Source: Candidatus Heimdallarchaeota archaeon (GTDB lineage: Archaea; Asgardarchaeota; Heimdallarchaeia; Heimdallarchaeales; Heimdallarchaeaceae). Taken from it: a stretch of DNA of 12,255 nucleotides. The notes under the pieces were generated by a model. The model saw only the letters and a program-made list of their open reading frames with translations, did no database searches and was not told the DNA's origin. The position numbers and the translations under genes are program-made. The DNA lies in NCBI GenBank assembly GCA_016839945.1, contig JAEOTE010000169.1, positions 1-12,255 of the forward strand, written 5' to 3'. This document shows, in pieces, positions 1-6,766 of this stretch (position 1 is its first letter; each line of letters starts with the position of its first letter).

Positions 1-843
1 ATTCCCAGAGATAAGAAATGGGTTTTGATTATCTCTACTATGTACGGTTGTCCCATTGGTTGCCTAATGTGTGATGCTGGAGAATATTTTCATGGAAATA
101 TCTCCAAAGAGGGAATGTTAGAAGAAATTGATTATATGATTAAAGCTCGATTTCCAGATGGTAAAATTCCTATTGAGAAGTTTAAAGTACAATTTGCAAG
201 AATGGGAGAACCCACTCTAAACAAAGCAGTTCTTGATGTCTTGAGGATGCTACCATCAAAGTATGATGCTCCAGGATTAATGCCATGTATAAGTACTATT
301 GCACCTAAAGGTTCAGAAAAATTCTTAGAAGAATTGATTGAAATTAAGAACCAACTCTATTCTAGTGGCAATTTTCAGTTACAATTTTCTATACACTCAA
401 CAAACGAAGATGAAAGAAAGAAATGGATGAGCTCAAATATTTGGTCATTAAAGAAAATAGCTGATTATGGCAATTTATGGTTTAAGGAAGGAGATAGAAA
501 AATTACACTAAACTTTGCAGTAGCTGAAGATTCAGAAATAGATCCAGACATAATTTTGGAATTCTTTAATCCTAGTAAATATTGGATTAAACTAACTCCT
601 GTTAATCCAACAAATAGAGCACTACATAACAAACTTCAGAGTGGAATAACAGAAGAAAATTCAGAATTTATTCCTCTTCTAGAAGAATTCAGGAAAAGAG
701 GTTTTGAAGCTTCAATAAGTATAGGGGAATGGGAAGAGAACGAGATAGGGTCAAACTGTGGTCAGTTTGCAACAAAATATCAAGATGATGAAGTAACAAT
801 TAGAGAAAATTATACTACAACTAAATATCATCTATCAGATTAA
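1..843 (+). CDS. RlmN/Cfr-like radical SAM protein (5' end truncated by the window edge)
   Basis: Frame +1 is open from base 1 (IPRDKKWVLIISTMYG...), so the track start at 25 is not the real start. CxxxCxxC motif CPIGCLMC (49-72), MGEP (202-213), SIHS, KLTPVNP and C-terminal SNCGQ match the RlmN/Cfr motifs MGEP, SLHA, NLIPxNP and AACGQL. Confidence 0.88.
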   Translation: MPRDKKWVLIISTMYGCPIGCLMCDAGEYFHGNISKEGMLEEIDYMIKARFPDGKIPIEKFKVQFARMGEPTLNKAVLDVLRMLPSKYDAPGLMPCISTIAPKGSEKFLEELIEIKNQLYSSGNFQLQFSIHSTNEDERKKWMSSNIWSLKKIADYGNLWFKEGDRKITLNFAVAEDSEIDPDIILEFFNPSKYWIKLTPVNPTNRALHNKLQSGITEENSEFIPLLEEFRKRGFEASISIGEWEENEIGSNCGQFATKYQDDEVTIRENYTTTKYHLSD

Positions 844-861
844 CTAAAGATGCCTTGTTTT

Positions 862-1701
862 TCAATTACTTTGTTTTTTATGTATAAGCTCATTGATTGT
901 TTGAGCTATCATATTTTTTGGAGATTCAGCATCTCCAAGAATTTTTATACTGTCAATATCAATTTCACCCAATCCTCTTCTTCTAGCTTCTTGAAGTACA
1001 GGCATTTCTGTAGGTTCAAAACCAACTAAATAGGCTCCAACTGCTTCAACTGCAAATGCATCTCTTCCAACTATGAGTTTCTTTGAAGAAGCAGTTTTCC
1101 TCTCCTCACCATGCCCTAGATAAGTATGTGTTCCATCTAATATCGCTAAATCAATTCCACCTACTGCTTCATACATATCCAAAAGAGCTGTGGGGAGTTT
1201 TTTATGAAATCTGTATTTCTTTGTATCAGGAATTAAACCCAATAGATTCTTAATAATAGAACCCAAATTCATTAAATCTTCATCCCCAGCCTCTTCATAT
1301 CTTCTTGGTACATGAGTACTGATGAATATATTAGGTTTAAAGAGTACATGTGACAATGGAACATCTTCTCCGGCAACATTGACCATTTTTGTTTTTTTGT
1401 CATGTGAAAGATTGAATGGCTTAGCTCTCTCATTAAAACAATCTTTCCAGATTTCTAAACGTTCCAATCCTGGCCCTGCACCACTATCTGATTCCACAAC
1501 TCGAATATCTGTAATTTTAGAGAATGATTTAATGATAGAGTTAAGTGTTTTTACTGTTGTGCAAATATTTGTATCTGGATTGTAAATTCCAACCTTAATA
1601 GTCAATTTCTTTTCTGAATTATTAAGATCATTAATCCCACCAATCAAATCTATTGCTTTATTGAATTCATTAATATCTACTATAGCAACTTTTGGAACCA
1701 T
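862..1701 (-). CDS. DUF362 domain-containing protein (divergent)
   Basis: 279 aa ORF. VVESD, IKNLLGLIP..KYRFH, DLAILDG, GRDAFAVEAVGAYLVGFEP and RRGLG match the DUF362 pattern. A GAAGGTG SD-like motif lies 7 nt upstream of the ATG. Confidence 0.8.
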   Translation of the reverse strand: MVPKVAIVDINEFNKAIDLIGGINDLNNSEKKLTIKVGIYNPDTNICTTVKTLNSIIKSFSKITDIRVVESDSGAGPGLERLEIWKDCFNERAKPFNLSHDKKTKMVNVAGEDVPLSHVLFKPNIFISTHVPRRYEEAGDEDLMNLGSIIKNLLGLIPDTKKYRFHKKLPTALLDMYEAVGGIDLAILDGTHTYLGHGEERKTASSKKLIVGRDAFAVEAVGAYLVGFEPTEMPVLQEARRRGLGEIDIDSIKILGDAESPKNMIAQTINELIHKKQSN

Positions 1702-1708
1702 ATATTGA

Positions 1709-1715
1709 CACCTTC
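1709..1715 (-). promoter_or_regulatory. Shine-Dalgarno-like motif GAAGGTG for the DUF362 gene
   Basis: The minus strand reads GAAGAAGGTGTCAATAT-ATG, with an archaeal-type GGTG core at normal spacing. Consistent with translation from a wHTH-DUF362 bicistronic mRNA. Confidence 0.55.
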
Positions 1716-1745
1716 TTCGTATTTAGTTTATTTCATTAGAACATA

Positions 1746-2426
1746 CTAGTCCAAAGCTTTCAGCAATTTAATATATTGAGCTTGATTTACAATTAAATCC
1801 AAAATACTAATCGTTTGTAAAGCGGAGTTTATTTCATGTAAAGAAAGCTTCTCAACTATTTCCACATATTCATTAGGTTTTTCTTTAAACAGCTTCTTTG
1901 TTATTTTCTGAAAAGAAACTTTCATTTGAGAAGAATATTCTCTTATTAATTCATCTTCAGGTTTTGGAACTTCATAAATTAGTTCTATTAATCTAGCCAA
2001 CCCATCAATACTCGCTTTTGATGAACTTATCAGTTTCTCATAATATTTATCGTTAAGAAATAATTTTGCAGTTCTAGCAAAAAGCTTCTCTATCATTGGT
2101 TTATCTATTCTTTTTCCAATACAGATAACAAAACCTGCTTTAACTAGATCTTGTACATACCTATAGAGAGATTGATCTGAACGTCTTCTCTTTTTTACTA
2201 ATTCTTGAATTATCTTTTCATCTTTCTTATATTGTTTCCTTACTTCTTTTTCGATGAATTTTGTATAATCCCTTTCTATTTCTTTAACTGTTTTGTATCC
2301 CTCTCTTAATGATTCTAATATTGGTAAATATTTAGGGTCAGTTACGATCTCTAGTTTACTCTCATCACTAATGAGAATCACTGATTCTTGTTCAAAATTC
2401 GAGTCAATAACATCATGGAACTTCAT
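1746..2426 (-). CDS. ArsR-like winged helix-turn-helix transcriptional regulator with an insertion in the HTH and a helical C-terminal domain
   Basis: DPKYLPILESLREGYKTVKEI (helices 1-2), SDQSLYRYVQDLVKAGFV (recognition helix) and wing ...EKLFARTAKLF. This layout is typical of the ArsR-like regulators expanded in Asgard archaea. Confidence 0.75.
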   Translation of the reverse strand: MKFHDVIDSNFEQESVILISDESKLEIVTDPKYLPILESLREGYKTVKEIERDYTKFIEKEVRKQYKKDEKIIQELVKKRRRSDQSLYRYVQDLVKAGFVICIGKRIDKPMIEKLFARTAKLFLNDKYYEKLISSSKASIDGLARLIELIYEVPKPEDELIREYSSQMKVSFQKITKKLFKEKPNEYVEIVEKLSLHEINSALQTISILDLIVNQAQYIKLLKALD

Positions 2427-2479
2427 GGAATTTTCCTTACCTAGTATAAATTGCTAAATATTAGCTTTCTCACACATTA

Positions 2480-2510
2480 ATAAGCTTTATCATTCAATGA
2501 GAAAGCTTAT
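2480..2510. promoter_or_regulatory. 31-bp near-perfect palindrome: candidate operator and/or back-to-back BRE-TATA promoters
   Basis: ATAAGCTTTATCATT-C-AATGAGAAAGCTTAT, with 14 of 15 arm positions complementary. It lies in the divergent wHTH/SDR intergenic region, and a third half-site AGCTTTCTCA is at 2463-2472. Confidence 0.65.
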
Positions 2511-2515
2511 AAATA
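2500..2515 (+). promoter_or_regulatory. Archaeal BRE-TATA promoter of the SDR gene
   Basis: Purine-rich AGAAAG followed by CTTATAAATA. The TATA starts 38 nt before the ATG at 2545, and an identical 10-mer sits at near-identical spacing upstream of the sirtuin. Confidence 0.6.
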
Positions 2516-2544
2516 TTTATTAGAATAATTATAATGAAAAGATT

Positions 2545-3255
2545 ATGAAAAAAGTGTTAATTACTGGAAGTAGTAGAGGATTGGGATTAGAGTTTACAAA
2601 GCAATACCTTGAGAAAGGGGAAACTGTACTTGCTAGTTGCAGAAATCCTGATAGTGCTAAAGAGCTCCAAGAATTGAAAAACAAGTATCCTGACACTCTG
2701 CAAATTTTCAAACTGAATGTAGCCAAAGAGGAGGAGAGAAATAAGATATTTAAAGAAGTAAAGATGAATGTAGATAGTATTGATATTCTAATCAACAATG
2801 CAGGAATAGTTTCAGGGAATGAAGAAAAATCATCTGTTTTAGGAGAGATTTACAAAGAAGATTTCAGTAAAGTGTTTCTCGTTAATTCAATAGCACCCTT
2901 GTTAATAAGTGAAAAATTTTTACCTTTATTAGAAAGAAGTGAAAATGCAAAGATTGCAAACATTACTTCTCAAAACGGAAGCATAGCGAAAAGAAATGTT
3001 GGTGGGAAATATAGTTATGCAGCAAGCAAAGCAGCATTAAATATGATTACTAAGATTCTGTCTAATGATTTAAGAGAAAAAGGGATAACTACTTTGGCAA
3101 TTCATCCAGGATGGATTTACACGGATATGGGTGGTCCCAATGCCCCCTTACAAAAAGAGGAACCCGTTTCTGAAATGATTAATCTAATAGAAAAAACAAC
3201 TATTTCAGATTCTGGTAAATTTCTTGATAGAGAAGGTAACGAGCTACCTTGGTAG
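2545..3255 (+). CDS. Classical short-chain dehydrogenase/reductase, CsgA (C-factor)/sniffer-like, probably NADP(H)-dependent
   Basis: TGSSRGLG Rossmann motif, CRN (basic residue favouring NADP), NNAG, catalytic YAASK, HPGWIYTDMGG and the C-terminal G..LPW characteristic of this subfamily. Confidence 0.93.
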   Translation: MKKVLITGSSRGLGLEFTKQYLEKGETVLASCRNPDSAKELQELKNKYPDTLQIFKLNVAKEEERNKIFKEVKMNVDSIDILINNAGIVSGNEEKSSVLGEIYKEDFSKVFLVNSIAPLLISEKFLPLLERSENAKIANITSQNGSIAKRNVGGKYSYAASKAALNMITKILSNDLREKGITTLAIHPGWIYTDMGGPNAPLQKEEPVSEMINLIEKTTISDSGKFLDREGNELPW

Positions 3256-3272
3256 ATTAGCAAATGATTATG

Positions 3273-4466
3273 TTATCTACTTTTACTTTTATTTCTGATA
3301 ATACTAGCTATTCCTGTTAAGCTTAGAATTCCAATAATTCCAATCAAGATGTTACTATTTGCTTTTTTACCAGTGATTATTTCTTTCCATTTACTTTTAT
3401 TTGTATCATATTCCCATAAATCATCAAAAATTGTTGTATTAGGATCTTCATTGCCACCAAACAGTATAACTTTTTTTGCTTGTTCGTTATACACCATTGA
3501 ACAAAACATTCTTTCTTCTGGACCTTGATTTGTTTCGATTTCTACCCATTGATTACTTTCTTCAATGTATTCCCATGTATCTCCCCAACAGTCAAACGAG
3601 TAACTGTTTTTTCTACCACCAAACATTATGATTTTTTCATTTGTTTCATCATAAATCATATCATGCCAATAACGGATGGAGGGAGGAGAATCTACTGTCA
3701 TTTCAGACCATTGTTTGTTAGAACAATTATATAACCACATATCATTGTTTATTGTATCAGAGGAATCAAATGCATGACCTGCAAAGAGAACACCTAAATC
3801 TTTACTACTACTATATACTATTCTATGTCCATATCTTGAAGATGGATGGCTCGAGAGATTCTGTTTTTCCCAAAGATTATCATTTATGTTAAATATCCAG
3901 GTTTCATCAGAATATCCGACAGGTGTGTAACCACCAAAAAGCACTATTTCATTGTTAGGAAGATCAAAAAACATTTCTGCATCTGCACATTTTGGGGGAC
4001 AAATTTCAACTTCTATTTTACTCCATTGATAAGTACTAAGCTTAAATTCCCAAGTATCGTTGAGAAATCCAGCATGACTAGAACCTCCAAAAAGTAATAC
4101 TCTGTGATGGATTGGTTCATAGACCATACTAGGTCCATTTCTATTTGATGGTTGTGCAATACTTGTTATTTCAATCCATGAATTATTTGAATAATGATAT
4201 ACCCATGTATCGTTGAGATAACTTCCTTGATAATTCAAGTTATCTTTCATTCCTCCAAATAGGATTATTTCACCATTAATTGGATTATAAATCATATTAT
4301 GACCCGCTCTAGCACTTGGATATGGGATATTATCTGCAGTAACACTAAATGGAAGTGAATAAAGAAGGTAAAAAATTGAGATTAATAATATACTTGTTAA
4401 AAACTTACAATTATTCTTCACTTCTAAAACCCACACTTTGCTAAATTCCTTCAAAGCCATATGCAC
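3273..4466 (-). CDS. Secreted, membrane-anchored Kelch-repeat beta-propeller protein (6 blades); probable true start is GTG at 4421
   Basis: Six repeats of the form P-x-x-R...(M/I)(I/V)Y...LFGG...D(T/M/L)W-x-(Y/F). There is a signal-peptide-like N-terminus (KNNCKFLTSILLISIFYLLYSLPFSVTA), a C-terminal hydrophobic helix ILIGIIGILSLTGIASII and a basic tail RNKSKSR. Confidence 0.88.
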   Translation of the reverse strand: MHMALKEFSKVWVLEVKNNCKFLTSILLISIFYLLYSLPFSVTADNIPYPSARAGHNMIYNPINGEIILFGGMKDNLNYQGSYLNDTWVYHYSNNSWIEITSIAQPSNRNGPSMVYEPIHHRVLLFGGSSHAGFLNDTWEFKLSTYQWSKIEVEICPPKCADAEMFFDLPNNEIVLFGGYTPVGYSDETWIFNINDNLWEKQNLSSHPSSRYGHRIVYSSSKDLGVLFAGHAFDSSDTINNDMWLYNCSNKQWSEMTVDSPPSIRYWHDMIYDETNEKIIMFGGRKNSYSFDCWGDTWEYIEESNQWVEIETNQGPEERMFCSMVYNEQAKKVILFGGNEDPNTTIFDDLWEYDTNKSKWKEIITGKKANSNILIGIIGILSLTGIASIIRNKSKSR

Positions 4467-4604
4467 TTATAATAATAATGCAAAAAATTCCAGATTCACT
4501 TTGAACTCGGTTTGTTAGTTTAATGCTTAAATGTCCTTAAATCAAGAAATTATATACTTCTAAGCTAAAACATATAAGGTTTAAAGAAAAAAAACGATAT
4601 ACAA

Positions 4605-5177
4605 ATGAAAAGCCAACATTTCTCTGACTTTCATAAATCAAACATCCATTTTGTTAAGAATCATTTAGAGGAAATTGGTGTGAAGAAAGGGTACAATATA
4701 CTTGATTTTGGCTGTGGAGAAGGATCTTATACTTTACCTACAGCGAATATTCTAGATGGAAAAGGTAAGGTTTTTGCTTTAGATGAGGATAAATCAAAAT
4801 TAGAAAAACTACACTCAAAGGCAAAAAAAGATGGTGTGGATGAGATTATTCAAATTGTAAAAACTGATGGACAGTTTGTATTCCCTATAGAAGATGAAAT
4901 AGTTGACTTGACTCTTCTTTATAATGTAACTTGTTGTATAATTAAGAAAGATGATTTTACTAATTTTCAAAAGCTTGTGAAAGAAATACACAGGATAACT
5001 AAAAATAAAGGGAAAATTGTCATTGGTATAAAAGAGGGAAAAACAATGCTGGAAAGAATAGAGAATGGTGTTCCTTTAGTCAAGGATTTCTTTATTCTTG
5101 AAAAAAAAGAAAAAGGAAAATATTTTGATGGGGAGAAGCTAAGGAACGGTTTATTTTACTATCTTAAAAAAAGATAA
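4605..5177 (+). CDS. Class I SAM-dependent methyltransferase
   Basis: Motif I ILDFGCGEG, acidic end of beta2 (ALDED), VDLTLLY and EIHRITKNKGKI (RxLKxxG-like). Confidence 0.88.
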   Translation: MKSQHFSDFHKSNIHFVKNHLEEIGVKKGYNILDFGCGEGSYTLPTANILDGKGKVFALDEDKSKLEKLHSKAKKDGVDEIIQIVKTDGQFVFPIEDEIVDLTLLYNVTCCIIKKDDFTNFQKLVKEIHRITKNKGKIVIGIKEGKTMLERIENGVPLVKDFFILEKKEKGKYFDGEKLRNGLFYYLKKR

Positions 5178-5178
5178 T

Positions 5179-6060
5179 TTAATGTGGATGCCATTCCACA
5201 TTTCCTTCATTATCAATTGTTGCCCCCGAATGACGAAGTGCCCAACAAGAAATAACTACACCCACAGGTAAACTCGCAGGATGTCTTGCTGCAAATTCCA
5301 TATGAACATCTAAAACAGATGGTCCTTCACCTAGACCCATAGCCCCGATTTCTAGTTTATTTAGTACATTGAGAAGTTCTTTCTCTATAGAAGCTATTTT
5401 CTCATCTTTATGATACTGATAGAGTGGTCTCAGAAGTGCTTTCTTTGCTAGGTTCATACACATGTCTTCACCACCACCAACTCCTACACCTACTACGTAG
5501 GGTGGGCATGCAAGAGGACCAGCAGCTGCAAGTGCTTCAACAACAAACTCTTTTACACCTTTGATGCCTTTTCCTGGTGGTATCATTTTCATTTTTCCAA
5601 CATTGGAAGAACCTCCACCTTTAGGCATAGCTATGATCTCACAATTATCTCCTTCAACTAAATCAAAATAGAACCAAGGTACAAAGCCACGTAATCCTAC
5701 ATTGTTTTTGGTGTTGCCTTCAAACATGTCAACTGCATTTGGTCTCAATGGAACATTTTGAGTAGCTTTTTTTGTGCCTTTAATCAAAGCAGTTTTCACT
5801 TCAGATCTTAAAGGAAATTTATCCCCAACTTTTACAAAAAACGAAACAAGTCCAGTATCTTGACACATTGGTTTACTTTGATCTTCTGCGATGCTAACAT
5901 TCTCGTTTATTGCTTGTAATTGTGATTTTCCTAAAGCTCCTTCGGTTTCTTTTTCACCTTTTAGAAGAGATTCCTTAACTTCAGTAGGTAATTTTGTCGC
6001 AGCTATTTTCAATAATTTTGCTGCTGTATCCTCAATAACTTGTGCTATATCTTTCATCAT
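5179..6060 (-). CDS. Class I Fe-S fumarate hydratase, alpha subunit (TtdA/FumA N-terminal family)
   Basis: Cluster-ligand motifs CQDTG, ACPPY and SCWA, plus PLRPN and HPASLPV. KGGGS is fumarase-type, whereas E. coli TtdA has AGGGC. Confidence 0.93.
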   Translation of the reverse strand: MMKDIAQVIEDTAAKLLKIAATKLPTEVKESLLKGEKETEGALGKSQLQAINENVSIAEDQSKPMCQDTGLVSFFVKVGDKFPLRSEVKTALIKGTKKATQNVPLRPNAVDMFEGNTKNNVGLRGFVPWFYFDLVEGDNCEIIAMPKGGGSSNVGKMKMIPPGKGIKGVKEFVVEALAAAGPLACPPYVVGVGVGGGEDMCMNLAKKALLRPLYQYHKDEKIASIEKELLNVLNKLEIGAMGLGEGPSVLDVHMEFAARHPASLPVGVVISCWALRHSGATIDNEGNVEWHPH

Positions 6061-6657
6061 TTACAACTCCTGTAAAATTTTTTCCTTATTTGCTTCAATA
6101 TTTTTCTTTGATTCATCTGTAAGATTTCCACCATGTGTATCGATTGTAACAGTTAATGGCCCAAACTCTTCTACTTCATAAACCCATAAACATTCAGGCA
6201 TTCCTAGTTCCTCTAACCAGAAAACATCTTTAACTTGCTTTATTCGATCTGCAGCTAATAATGCTGCTCCTCCAGTAAAGTATCCATATATGCATTTTTC
6301 ATCTTGACATGCTTTTGATGTTCTTTCACCCATTCCTCCTTTACCAATGATCACAGATGGATGAAAAACTTTAATGAATTCATCTTGGAAAATCTCCATT
6401 CTTGCTGAAGTTGTGGGACCTGCTGCTACTACAGTCCACTCTCCTTGTTCATTCTTTTTCATTACAGGACCACAATGAAAAAGTCCTATTCCTTCAAAAT
6501 CAACAGGTGGTTTCTTACCCTCTTTATGTAATTCTAATGCTTTAAGATGTGCTTCATCTCTAGCAGTTACCACAGTACCTGTTAAATATACAATATCTCC
6601 AATCTTAATCTCCTTCAACTTTTTGGGAGGGATAGGAGTAGTTAAATGGAATTCCAT
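6061..6657 (-). CDS. Class I Fe-S fumarate hydratase, beta subunit (FumA C-terminus/TtdB family)
   Basis: TARDEAH, HCGPV, GPTTSARM, IGKGGM, LGMPE and DTHG motifs. Directly adjacent to the alpha subunit. Confidence 0.94.
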   Translation of the reverse strand: MEFHLTTPIPPKKLKEIKIGDIVYLTGTVVTARDEAHLKALELHKEGKKPPVDFEGIGLFHCGPVMKKNEQGEWTVVAAGPTTSARMEIFQDEFIKVFHPSVIIGKGGMGERTSKACQDEKCIYGYFTGGAALLAADRIKQVKDVFWLEELGMPECLWVYEVEEFGPLTVTIDTHGGNLTDESKKNIEANKEKILQEL

Positions 6658-6693
6658 GTCGTCATAAAACTAATAGAGTTTTTGAATTTTATT

Positions 6694-6717
6694 AAACAAC
6701 CTTGTTTGGAAAACAAG
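6694..6717. promoter_or_regulatory. Overlapping inverted repeats (AAACAA/TTGTTT half-sites): candidate operator between fumarase and sirtuin
   Basis: AAACAA-CC-TTGTTT (6694-6707) and CTTGTTT-GGA-AAACAAG (6701-6717), positioned between two divergent TATA-like boxes. Confidence 0.4.
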
Positions 6718-6722
6718 AATGT

Positions 6723-6738
6723 CAAAATCTTATAAATA
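6723..6738 (+). promoter_or_regulatory. Archaeal BRE-TATA promoter of the sirtuin gene
   Basis: CAAAAT followed by CTTATAAATA. The TATA starts 37 nt upstream of ATG 6767. Confidence 0.6.
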
Positions 6739-6766
6739 GGTGTTATAATTATCAAAGTGGCAAATA

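Noticed and set aside
25-843. ORF-track start at TTG 25
   Set aside because: The frame is open from base 1 and the upstream residues continue the RlmN-like alignment, so the real start lies outside the window.
1322-1585. 87-aa plus-strand ORF
   Set aside because: Antisense shadow of the DUF362 gene with no recognisable motifs.
2529-2798. 89-aa minus-strand ORF
   Set aside because: Antisense to the well-supported SDR. Its hydrophobic F/L/S bias is what the reverse complement of an A-rich gene produces.
3525-4097. Two short plus-strand ORFs (3525-3734, 3846-4097)
   Set aside because: Antisense to the Kelch gene with no independent support.
5891-6181. 96-aa plus-strand ORF across the fumarase junction
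   Set aside because: Antisense shadow of two conserved genes.
5179-6657. L-tartrate dehydratase (ttdAB) assignment
   Set aside because: The alpha subunit has the fumarase-type KGGGS rather than TtdA-type AGGGC. Not fully excluded without an assay.
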